From Piedraia hortae CBS 480.64 (lineage: Eukaryota): a DNA stretch of 60,885 bases. Shown here one piece after another: positions 49,401 through 60,233 of the stretch (within the stretch, counting starts at the first letter, position 1; each line of letters begins with the position of its first letter). The notes beneath the pieces are model-generated. The model did not search any database, had not been told where the DNA came from, and saw only the letters and a program-made list of their open reading frames with translations. Made by a program: the position numbers and the translations under genes. The DNA is taken from assembly GCA_010093745.1 (NCBI GenBank), contig MU005988.1:124001-184885 (forward strand), given 5' to 3'.

Positions 49401-50949
49401 AGGTCGATAAGTTTCGTCGAGTCACACGAAGCATGACTGGGAAGCGACGGTGATCTGTCCACGACGATGATGATCTCGCCTCCAAAAGGTTGCGTTCGGC
49501 ACTTGCACTTGCCGCCTTACATCGCAATGGTGCTCGTCAGAGTTCGTCAGAAGCCCAAGCAGATGACACGCAAGATACTTCGTGCCGCATTCCCACCACA
49601 TAAACAGGCAGTCACCGATCCTGTTCACGGCAAGCGCTGGAAAGCGGCCATCTCTTCTGAGATCCAATCACTGGAAGAAAAGGGAACATGGAATATTATT
49701 AATCGCCCGCCTGGAGTCAACATTGTCACTAGCAAATGGGTCTTCAGTTTGAAAACAGATGTGCAGGGGAAGATTGATTGTTATAAAGCTCGACTCGTGG
49801 CTAGAGGCTTCACGCAGAAGCATGGCCTGGACTACTTCCGCAACTTTGCGCCAACGGTGCGCCCAGACACCTGGAGAACCTATAGGCCATTGGCGCCATG
49901 GAAGACTTGGAAAGCCACCAGATTGACGTCGAGACAGCATTTATCAATTCGAAACTCAAGGAGAGCATCTTCATGCATCCTCCAGACGGCCTGAAGATTG
50001 GCGAGGACCAAGTTTTGGAGCTCAAGCATAGCCTTTATGGCCTAAACAGGCGGCTTATGAGTGGTTCAAGACATGCCGTGCCGTCCTCCTCAAGATAGGT
50101 TTCGTTGCTGGGCACTCCGATCCTTGCCTCTTCGTGCATAAGCCGCGTAAACTGATCATGATGTTGTATGTTGACGATATGACAATCATGTCCTCTTCTC
50201 TGGACGAGGTACAGTGGTTCAAAGTCAAATTTGGTAGCCACTTCAAGGTTAATGATTTGGGGGAGATTGGGAAAATCCTTGGCATTCGTGTCACCAGGAA
50301 TGGAGCAAAACGTACGATCACGCTGGACCAGGGGGAGTATGTCCAAAAGATCACGCAGGATCATAAGATGGAGCAAGGAAGTTGACGAGAAGCACGGCTG
50401 GCTCCTCTGAATGGTTATGGCAAGGTCATGCCAACAACCGACGATGATGAACCCACAGACAGGATGATGTGCATGAGGGGGGTTGGTAGTCTGATGCATG
50501 CAAGCGTACAGACGCGACCTGACATTGCATTTGCCACCGGTAAACTCAATCAGTTCTCGGGCGCTCCAACTCGACGCCACGAGCAAGGACTAGAGGAAGT
50601 TCTTCGCTACCTCAGGCAAACCAGCGATGATGGAATCACCTACGGAAGATCACCAGGAAAGCTGGTTGGTTCTCTGACTCTCACTTTGCCGCGTACAAAG
50701 CCACTCGAAAATCGACTACCGGCACAGTATGAATGCTCGGCGGCGGGGCCGTAGCTTGGAGAGGCAAGAAGCAACACTGCACGGCTACCCCCACTTGCGA
50801 AGCCGGAACTGCTCGCACGGCGAGGGGAAGTATTGTGCAGGTCGCCACGGAGCGATCCGCAAATGATGAACCACGTCCCTGACCAAAGCTCGAGTACTCG
50901 GAATTTTTCTTGTGTAGCTCTAGATACTTGTATATACAGATAAACCTGT
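46500..50949 (+). mobile_element. Ty1/Copia LTR retrotransposon (family B), defective: 5' LTR 46500-46642, PBS 46643-46656, gag-PR-IN-RT ~46681-50810, PPT ~50822-50830, rearranged 3' LTR from 50831
   Basis: Gag zinc knuckle CFLC..H..C (frameshifted), protease WVADTGASSNM, GAG-pre WHRRLAH, integrase VDNYSR / RSDNATE / QNGIAER, RT KARLVARGF and LYVDDM. Several frameshifts and stops; RNase H is truncated after (S)TCEA. Confidence 0.95.
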
Positions 50950-51061
50950 TGAAGCGATTTGCCTCGCGTGGGTGAGAGTGCGTAGCGGCCCGAACAGGAC
51001 GAGGCGATAGACGGAAACAAGGTTAGTCGGATGCAGATGGATTTGAGTCAATATTAGTGTC

Positions 51062-51202
51062 TGTTCTATTAAGCAGCGGCACCTCACAGGCGTGTCAATA
51101 TACACGCATATCTCGAGCTACAAGAAAACTTCTGAGTACTCGAACCCTGGATTGGAATTTAAGTCATCACCTGCGGATCGCTCCTTGGCGACCTGCACAA
51201 CA
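51062..51202 (-). mobile_element. Family B LTR, inverted full copy (141 bp)
   Basis: Reverse complement of 46500-46642; followed by TATAC (51203-51207), which matches TATAC at 46210-46214. Confidence 0.9.
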
Positions 51203-51572
51203 TATACAATTATACAAGTCTTAGTGTACTCACAATATTAGTTAGTTCCCTTCAACAGGTACCAAAGTACTTTCCCTTTCCATCCGTACCTCTGCAGCCG
51301 AGTTTTCCTTGCCTTCCCTTACGCCTTCTCGCCGAGCGAACCCCGTGAGGACAGATGAGCGGACGGCAAATTCGACGATGGGGTTCTCTACCGACGTCTC
51401 CTCCGTGGTGGGAGAGCTCCATCTACAAAACCATCTGGGAGCCAAACAGCATCTGGCCCACGCCAGGCACGCATGCGTGCTTGGAACGCACCCGCGTCGC
51501 AGCTCGACGTCCACCCTCTGACACGCCTACCAGGCTGGTACGCAGCGCGGTTAGCCGCTGAAGCGGACGGTA

Positions 51573-51966
51573 TGTACGAGTGAGAACGATGGATGGAGGG
51601 CAGAAACGTGTGTGCAAGGGAATACAAGTGTATCTACGGGAGAACGTCGGAGAATATATCCTGGGCCGGTAGGCCAGTGCATAGCCTTGTGTGAAGGGTC
51701 ATCAATCGTATGACCGCAAGCGGGTGGTCATTCATACGTGCAGGAAGACCGTCGGCATGCGGTCTTGCCCCAAGACTCACCTCATACATCCCGGCCACAA
51801 ATGCATTGAAGCACCGGAACTACCAGGGATGCGGCAGCTCTTGGCTCTGTCAGTGCAACTTGCCAAGCTGCCCTACGCTTTTTCATTGCCATACCTCTCG
51901 CATGAACTGCCAAACTATGACCAGCTGTGCGCACATATGGACTTAACTGGTCCGCACGCTCGTACA
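51573..51966. mobile_element. Probable solo LTR (394 bp)
   Basis: Perfect 8-bp terminal inverted repeat TGTACGAG/CTCGTACA. Flanks CGGTA/AGGCA match at only 3 of 5 positions; single copy in the window. Confidence 0.55.
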
Positions 51967-52469
51967 AGGCATATACGCGATTGCACACGCTAGTTATATA
52001 TCCTCTTTGATCTTTGGTCAGGTGCAAGGACAATGACGGAGTTGTTCTCTGGAATGAAGTTATGGGAAACCATGACGGTTTCCACTATCTGATGCTGTCG
52101 GTTCCAGTTCGAATCTTTGAAGCAATCCTGCGCAATCGCTTGTTGCCGGTTGTTGCAGAAGGAGTCTTTTGTAGAAAATTGACTACAGTGCCTGCGGGAT
52201 TGAGATCAAAGGCACTGAATGTCGATACGAACGTAGCATCGAATGGAAAATAAAACTTGCCCCAATATTACGCGGAGACGATGGCAGGCAGTGCGAGGGT
52301 TTTCTTAGCGTCATGTCATGTTCGAAGCATCAGAGGATTGCTGGATTTTTAATGTACGCATGTTGACAGTTGACGCCTAACTTTGCTTCGCACTCACGTT
52401 TACTTTGTCATTCAATACACCTTACGCTGTAAGAGATTGAACCAAGAGCAGACATGGCATTGGTAAAGT

Positions 52470-53517
52470 CTTGCAATGATGCATGCACTGATGGTGGTCC
52501 CACTTACTGCACGGATAGCGCCATTAGCTACACTGGTATGTTTTAAGCCTTGTCTGGGGGAGGCATCATCGATTCCTGCTCCATGGTGTTTGACGCTGAA
52601 GCCGTCGGCGCTTAAGAGGGCTGCATCACGCACTCAGCACTATAGTCCAGGAGAATATTTGCGTGTGCGAAGACAATCTAGCGGTAATTTGGTTTTTGCG
52701 TGCAAACGCTTCAGTGTCATCCCTTGGGCGTTCCACAAATTTCACCAGAAAACCAAGCTGTACGGTGTGAGGGTGAAATGGTGCCCAGGACACTGCGGCG
52801 TACCTGGTAACAAGCTTGCTCACGGCCTGGCCTAGGGCGGCTGCGAAGGACCTCGTAACCCGGAGGCCAGTCCAGCGGCAGCGGGAACCAGGGCACAGGC
52901 CAAGAGCCTGCTCCGCGACCAGATAATCCAGCACTGGAGAGAGATTCAGCCTAAGCTGGCTAGAGACTATCGGAAGTAACACATGCCCTTCGTGATACGG
53001 GAACTCGAGTCGCTGAATCTTGAGTGGTCGGTATTGCACCAGTTACTCGCGATCCGTACTGGGCACGGTGACTTCGCAGCATAGCGTCGCCGGTTTGGCC
53101 ATGAGGTGCCGCTCTCAACTGTAGCTGCAGGCGACCGAAATTAACTGATCACCTTGTCCATTGTCGGCGGGTCATTGCTTGCTGGAGAGCGTGGCCACGG
53201 CTTTGGCAAGGCCCAAGGAGACCATCGAATGAGGGAGAGAGAGCGATACCTGGCGCAGCTATTACGGCAACCAGACGACTGCGTCGCCTTCGTGCGTAAT
53301 ACCCGGTTCTACCGGGACACCCGCCCTCGGGCGTGGAATCGTGTACTCCCCAACTGGTGGGGGACTTATGCGAACGACATGTGTGCAACACCGCCCCATG
53401 GCGTTCGATTTGCTGGCTAGTCTGAACATTTTCTGTGAATAGTGCCTCATGCCCTTCGAGAGGCCGCGGGCGGCCGTACGCGGCCACTTCTGCCCTGGCG
53501 TTAAAACAATCATCATT
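52470..53517 (+). mobile_element. 5'-truncated, degenerate non-LTR retrotransposon (Tad1-like LINE): RNase H, Cys/His region and 3' tail
   Basis: Motifs CTDG, VFDAEAVGA, WCPGHCGVPGNKLA, LLAIRTGHGDFAA and CSC..HLVHC with stops; ends GGCGTTAAAACAATCATCAT. Confidence 0.85.
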
Positions 53518-53520
53518 TAG

Positions 53521-53648
53521 AGTTGAGGTGTAACACGTGACACCTGACTGATGACACCTTGATTCACTTCTATAGTATCATTACTATACACATGCGCATA
53601 TACACCTTCACCCCATTCTGTCCTTCTCACCTATTATTCCCTTCAAGT
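53521..53648 (+). mobile_element. Family A-related element (A2; AGTTGAGG...CCTTCAAGT, 128 bp)
   Basis: Termini of the family A type with a diverged interior; perfect TSD TTTAG (53516-53520 / 53649-53653). Confidence 0.7.
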
Positions 53649-53710
53649 TTTAGACTTTGTCGCTCAAGAGCACGTGATCTCTGAGCAGCCGCATGTTAAA
53701 ATTGGTATGC

Positions 53711-53798
53711 AGTTGAAGGATGTGTCACGTGATGAACATGTACAACGTCCTTATGTATGCAGCACATATAATATACTATTAGCTCGTTTCCTTTAACT
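53711..53798 (+). mobile_element. Family A element, copy 4 (internal ~30-bp deletion)
   Basis: AGTTGAAGG...CTTTAACT; perfect TSD TATGC (53706-53710 / 53799-53803). Confidence 0.85.
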
Positions 53799-55207
53799 TA
53801 TGCTAACTTAGAGCGATAACTAAATGTTCGAATTTCCACGAAGGATGTTTATCTACGGTCCAGCCGTCACAAAAGAAAGTTGGGTCACGTGCCTAATGGA
53901 ATGATGACGTCATTCTATTTCGGAGGTTGGTGGAAAAACAAATCTGTAGGATATATACGATTTAGTGGGGCCGCGGGACATACGTGCCCGCCATCTTACG
54001 GCCCTCTGGATCTAGCGCGTGACTCATAAAGTCCGTGTCCTTACATAGACTTAAAAAGTGTCAAGAACAACAACACACTGGTCCACGCGGGATGGGTCGC
54101 AGGGAGTATGTAGCCATAATCAATGTCGTGACCACCTCAAGTCGTCATATTCTTGTCTGCATAGAGACTATATGAATACCTTTTGCACCTTCTGTGACAT
54201 TACGCGATGAATTCTGGTCTCCTCGCTTCAAACAACGCGCTTTCTCTGCTCCACCATAATGCCGGCGACCATCCGTAGCACTCGTGCTCAAGCACGCCAC
54301 AATGCGGAACATTACATCGACAATTTCCAAGAGATTCTTCATGAAGACTCTGCCGAGAATACCACACAAGGTTCTCGCAGTATGTCCTCTGAAATTCTTC
54401 CCAAGGCTCAGCAGACGCTTTCGGCAATTAAAGAACCAGAATCCCGCGCTACAGGAGGATACTCAAGCTCTCGTAGCCAACTCTGCATAATTGTTGTCGG
54501 AGAGGAGAATCTTCGATGACTAAAGCCAAACGTAGATCAAAGCTCAACTCCGACCAAAAGGTGAATGTAGATGTCATTCTCTATGTGAGATGAGGTTCGA
54601 AACCTTCTCCGCACTATCCCGGTCTTACCACATTCGCCAGGACAATGTTAGCGAACCATGCTCTCAAGCGTGAACGAGACAATGAGCCGCCTCAGGGAAA
54701 ACTTCCTCTATAGAGGTAAAAGCCCTGAGAAGTTTCGACTTCTATCTAGGGTTCTGGTCATGGTGGGTGCCACTTCCTTCTGAAAATTGTAGGATCCAAT
54801 CTAGCACTAAGAGACTCGATGCAGTGACAGGTCTAACGCACTCGGGGGTCCGAGTCTGTTGCCGCTACAGCATCCCAAGCGGCCACGCCTTCTGAGCCCG
54901 TAGCCGAAATCTTATTAAATTCCCAATGCCCTTATTTTACAGGTGTTGAAGGACAAATTCTTTCACGCCGGTGGTGCCATGTCATTCGCAATGAGTTGCG
55001 TGGGAACGACTGGTTCTCGACCAAATTTTCACGTGTCCATGATCTGGTCGCCGACACCCTAGAACCATACAAACTGGGCGAACCTGGCGAGCCTACCGAC
55101 GTCGAAGAAGAGTTGCGCTTCCTGGAAGAAAGCTTCAGTAATCCTCAGCTCGCAGTGTCAGAGGTCTGCCGGAGGAGGTAGATAGGGTACCAGACATCCC
55201 AGGGTTT

Positions 55208-55441
55208 AAAGTTGTGAAGTCTGGGTGAAACGATGTGTGTAGCTGTGTACGTCTCTACGTCCTGAGAGCCAACGCAATGTCCTCTACAGACCCAGTTGGT
55301 TAGGCCACATATGCCGAGACCATGCGATAACGTGACCTCGTCACAGGGGAAACCTCCTCTATGAGGCAGAAAACTCTGCGAAGCCTCGGGTGTTCTGACT
55401 ACCACCGACCTACCTCATCTGACACAGGGCTCACCATGCTA
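55208..55441 (-). mobile_element. Family F element, copy 3 (more diverged)
   Basis: Homologous to 35989-36215; perfect TSD GGTTT (55203-55207 / 55442-55446). Confidence 0.85.
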
Positions 55442-55590
55442 GGTTTTACCTCACGGAGGATGTTACCCCTGGAATGAACGTGGTCACGCCACAGGACGTC
55501 GTCACGGTGAACGCGGTTCGGGTCGTGCTGGTGAGTGTGGGGCAGTCTTCGCAGAAATGTCTTCTCCACATCTCTTTTTCATAGTCATGG

Positions 55591-55807
55591 TGTCAGGACT
55601 CAAAGCCTACGTCATGCGGAGTGGCCCCACTCTGCGGCACACACTAGGGCGGCACTGACTTTTCCCTTCTCTCCTTCATGCGTTGTTCTCTTTCTTCATA
55701 AGGTCAACGCAGTCCTCTCGTCATAACCCATGGCTTTGAGCCTCTTTCTCTTGTCTCTCATTGATCCCCCGGCCCCGACCCCTCGTCCTTAGCCTCGCGT
55801 TGTGACA
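55591..55807. mobile_element. Solo LTR (217 bp, TGTCAGGAC...GTTGTGACA)
   Basis: TG..CA ends with an imperfect inverted repeat; perfect TSD CATGG (55586-55590 / 55808-55812). Confidence 0.8.
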
Positions 55808-55899
55808 CATGGGCATCATAGTCACGATATCACACACTGTTATCGGTTCCACCATTTCACGAAGTGCGAAGACATGTGAGTATATTCCTTCCCACTTCC

Positions 55900-58800
55900 A
55901 ATACGCGGACACCTATGTGATGGTGCTCAACAAGCTGCGCTAAAGCTTAGGTAGACTGTATGACTTCATTGCGGAGTTCAACCTGCTCACAGCCAACATG
56001 CCGATGGATGATGCCACGAAGCAACGACAATTCCGCACGAAAGTTACTTCCGTACCGCAACGGACCCTTCAGGGGGGCAAGTTTCCCAACTTTATCAACC
56101 TTCCGGCAACGGTTCGGCTGGCGGATGCCAACATCTGAGACACTTAAGGGGCAACCATGGCCAATAAACGTGCAACACTGACACCAATCAGCCGAGGGTC
56201 AGGCACAACCGTTATGCGTGACCAAGGGACAGACCCATTGAGATTGCGCAATACCCTCCCTCCTTCCGAGGTGCTCCTTCTGCTTTGAGCGAGCAGCGTA
56301 TCGCAAATCGCCTCTGCGTCGAGTGCGGCTTACCTGAACTTTCCGCATCATTTGTCCCGACTTTCAACACCTTCTCGCGGGTGCCAACACAACTAGCTCA
56401 AGAACTAAATCCCTTCGGCGAAATCCCGACCGAAGGGCCGAGTGAGAGTAGTGTGCAGATAGTAGCAGCGACCTCCGTTCAGCTTACCAGACATTACACA
56501 ATACCGGCTATGCTGAGCCTGGGAGACAAAATGCTCTCCGTCAACTGCTCGGTGGACTCGGGTGCGAAGCAAGGCATTTATTTAAATACCGCTCTGGCAC
56601 ACACGGTGACTGAATAAACTGACGTTAATCACACCCGATGAGCGAAACCTGTGGACCTCATGGACTTTAGTGGCACCCGCAGCAGGACTGTTGCCCAAGC
56701 TCTGCGGTCAGCATTGACTATCATGGATCACCACGGTCCAGCGGTTACATGCCAGATTGTTCCACTCCAAAAAGCCTCGCGTTGTCCTCGGCTACGATAA
56801 CTAAGTGACGCATGGCATCCCAATTGACGCGGCAGAGGGAAATATTGTGTTTAAGAAGTTGCATTGCTCCCGGCACTCACCTTCCGATATCATTCCGTCC
56901 ATACCGTCGGAAAAAGAATCAGAGAGACTGGCTGCATTACCTTGAGCAATATCTGCACTGCTCAACTGGGAGGCTCTTAAAGATAAACTACCACCAGCAC
57001 ACTGAAGCCACAATGGAGTGTTTTCCACCGCCCTTTGAAACAAGTTGCTACCACATAGGCCGTGTAATCACCTGATTGAACTGAATTCAGGGGGATCCGC
57101 AAATGTAGGAAACTCTACTCCCCACAAGATGTCAATACCTGAGCAAGTTGCACGTGAAAAACAGATCTATGAATGGCCGGAATGTGGATTTATTGTGTCC
57201 AGTGCAGTAGCAACCTCCCGTTCCGTCCGCTCGGTGGAGAAACGCAATGGCTGGCTGCGTCTGTACGTGTATTAGAGCAAGCTAAACAATCGAATCAAAA
57301 AAGATAGCTGCATGTCGCCCTTGATCAACGAAATCCTGTCATGCTTAATTAAGGCCAAAGTTTTCACCAAGCTGGATATACGCCAAACTTTTCATGGAAT
57401 CCAGATGCATGCCGACGATGAGTGTAGCGTATGGCGCTAGCTGTGCAGTAAGTGACCGATAGCTCACGATAACAGACAGGTAGGCAGTAAACCATATCCT
57501 ACAGTCATGGGCCCGGTCATTTGACGAGAAAATAATTGTATCATCATCAGTAGCAGTCCTGCTGCCTGCCAGACTGCGAGAACATTGTTGCCAAAATTGA
57601 GCAAGTCCGCAATGCGTCAGCCGTGTAAATCTACCTCGACTCGCCTAACAAGTACGACGTCTGGATTGGTCAACTGTGTGGTGAAGTTAATCCGTTAGGT
57701 GTGTGGAATTACATGAACCCCGACCTCTCCCCACCCGGATCATTTGCCATGGAGCGTGCGCTGCCGGAACCAGTTAACCCTAGGTCACGCAAGATAAGGC
57801 TCATCATTTTGGTCGCATCAAGCCAAATGCAGTGCATTATATCAAAAATTCAATTTCTCCAGCTTAGAGGGAGTGGGTCAACGCAGTAGGCGACACCAGC
57901 ACCCTTTATGGTATTCTAAGCTGCATCAATTTCAGGGTCGCTTCTAGCAGCCAACAGCGAATAGTTGACCTCACTAGAGAATCATATTGCCTTCTCATGC
58001 AATCCACCTGGCGTAAACGGTCGAGCACAAGACTGACGTGCATGTGGTGGTTAGACTTGGAATCACTTTATATCAAGATGTCATCTGCATATGCTATAGC
58101 AAACTGGTCCAAATACTTGGAAAGAATCAAGTCAAAAAAGCGCTGCCAGGTTGCCGCTGCGTTGGTTAGTCCTAATGGCATAGCTCTGAGTTTGAACAAA
58201 CCTTATCGCGTCTTGAAGGTTAGGCCTCGCTTCAAGATTCAGGACATAGCAGTCTTGCCACCGAGAGCATGCTTCGTCTTCTGATTTTCTAGTGTATGGT
58301 GTGCATCTGAACCCATTTTCTGACATTAGTTAAGGCGCGTGATCCAAACAAAGCCAGTCCCGTTCCATGCCGAGGTGCAGACTTTTGGTCGTCGACGACA
58401 ACCAGACGGTCGCGGTTTTCATAGAGTTGTACAAGGTCACTGAGGGGCATGGATGGATTACCCTCATAGTTTAGCTCCAGGCTGGGACTGAAAGATTGGT
58501 CGGCAAGGCGTACTGCTTCAACCAAACTTCTTGAAAGATCTTTAGCGAGATAGCGCCCATGCCCTATCATTTTCACCTCAAAAGTAGTCCAATTTTGGCA
58601 CAAATCAAGCTTGTTACGTCAAGTGGGGCCCTGACGGACATTAAGCAATATAAATTCTACGTTGAGAAAACGCGGTTTCTAGGACTTATTGTGGGTAAAG
58701 ACGGCATCAACGCAGGCCCAGTGAAAATCAAAGCTGTTCAGGTATGGAAACCGCCCCAGGATTCAAGGAGGTCAAATCTTTCTTCAGCCTGTGCCTGTAA

Positions 58801-59351
58801 CCACCGATTCATGAAGAAATTCTCCGCAATAGCACTTCCACTTTATTGACTCCCGCACAAACATCGGCCTTTAAATTGGGACCAGAAGAGCACAAAGCTT
58901 TTGAGGCCTTGCGATCCGCCTAGTCCACTTCCCCTTCTTGGCCTATTTTGATCACAATCCGGCAACAAGTTGAAACGAACACCTTCGACTACTCAACTGG
59001 AATATTCGCTCACAAAAATGCGGAGACGGTCATTTTCATCAAGCGCCCTTCTCAACGAAACTAGACCCTGCCAGGTGCAAGTACCCAGTGTTTGACAAAG
59101 AGTCCCTTGCAATGATTCGAGCACTGAAGAAATGGCGACCAGAATTATCAAGCCTCGAACACTGGACTGCGGCGCAAACGATGGGCCGTTGCCACGCGCG
59201 GCTGGCTGAGATTTTGAGCGAGTTTCATTTTATCATTGGGTATCAGCCGGGTACATCAAAAGGAGCTGCGGAGGCATCGTCTCGCCGACCGCAGAACCAG
59301 CCAGATGACACAGATGAGCGGAAGATGATGTTATATCGCGCACTAGTCTAA
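55900..59351 (+). mobile_element. Degenerate Ty3/Gypsy retrotransposon (gag remnant, PR, RT, RNase H), interrupted and partly inverted
   Basis: LCVECG, VDSGA (protease), LPHRPCNHLIEL, FTKLDIRQTFH, RFLGLIV, DKESLAM..WRPEL and YQPG..AEASSR; many stops. Boundaries are approximate. Confidence 0.88.
57423..57800 (+). mobile_element. Truncated Copia element nested in the Gypsy RT: 81-bp LTR 57423-57503, PBS 57504-57516, gag remnant
   Basis: TGTAG...CCTACA followed by GTCATGGGCCCGG (degenerate copia-type PBS), then LDSPNKYDVW..GVWNYMNP. Confidence 0.7.
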
Positions 59352-59866
59352 TCAGAACAACTAGCCCCGGCACCGTTAAGCAAACCCGCGCATAATGCCC
59401 ATACCCTGTAACTTCAGATGTTTCTAGTTATGTTGGTTCAACATGCCCTTCAGCCTGTACGTAAAGCACGCTCTGGGGACTCAGCGTAGTACTTATTGAA
59501 TTTCCAGACATATTCGTAAAGGTGCTGGCTTATCACTGTGATTAGGGGCTCAAGATCAATTTCCATACAATCATAGACTTAACCCAAATAGCCGAAGCTA
59601 GGTAGCCATCCCTTCGCAACTCAAGCTTGTGTCATCGGAATTTGTAGCACTGGAGGTGATGAGCCCAGTGATGCTTCAGGCTCCACTGCGGCACGGCGGC
59701 AGCAGCCGCTCCGTAATGCTGTGCTTTAAACACGCTCAAAAGTCCGACGGCAGCAGAGGGTGCCGCGCTGACACCGATCCGACTACTCTACAGCAAAAGG
59801 AGCCGCGTAGGAGAGTGGGTATGCTATGCAGAGCGAAACGCTGGACAGTTGCAACTAACTTGTAAA

Positions 59867-60224
59867 TATTAAATTCAAGCATCGCCGCTAGCGCGTATGC
59901 AGGGCATCAGCGATACCTCCCACACTACCAGCTGCACCCTAGGTTTCCCCCTAACGGAGGTTTTTCCTCTGGGTCATGTCAAATGTGACATGGCGAATAC
60001 GCCCTTCTAGTGTACGACGTGATGTCACCAACCCACCGGTACAGAATATTTTTTCTGACGTCCCCTCGTAGACGTACATAGTCATTCACACTGTCACATC
60101 GACACTGGTATCGACTCCTATCCACCTGCATCTTTCATATCCCCGTCGTTGATCCCCGTCCATCGCTAAATCCTCCTAGTTCGGGCTGCTGCGCAATCCC
60201 ATCCATGAGAGTACTATCGCTACA
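59867..60224. mobile_element. Solo LTR, family C (opposite orientation to 34319-34690)
   Basis: Collinear homology over ~360 bp. Flanks GTAAA/ATAAG are compatible with an original GTAAG TSD after G>A changes. Confidence 0.8.
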
Positions 60225-60233
60225 ATAAGATCG

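Larger units (their letters stand above)
46146..51257 (+). mobile_element. Family A element, copy 3, split into 46146-46214 and 51203-51257 by nested insertions
   Basis: The two halves join into a full family A unit; perfect TSD GGTAC (46141-46145 / 51258-51262). Confidence 0.88.

Noticed and set aside
44781..53892. Shared ~22-nt motif CAAAGAAAGTTGGGT..ACGTGC at ~44781 and ~53870
   Set aside because: Too short, and flanking homology could not be extended by eye.
54788..54941. Possible solo LTR TGTAGGAT...ATTTTACA
   Set aside because: Flanks AAAAT and GGTGT give no TSD, and there is no second copy in the window.
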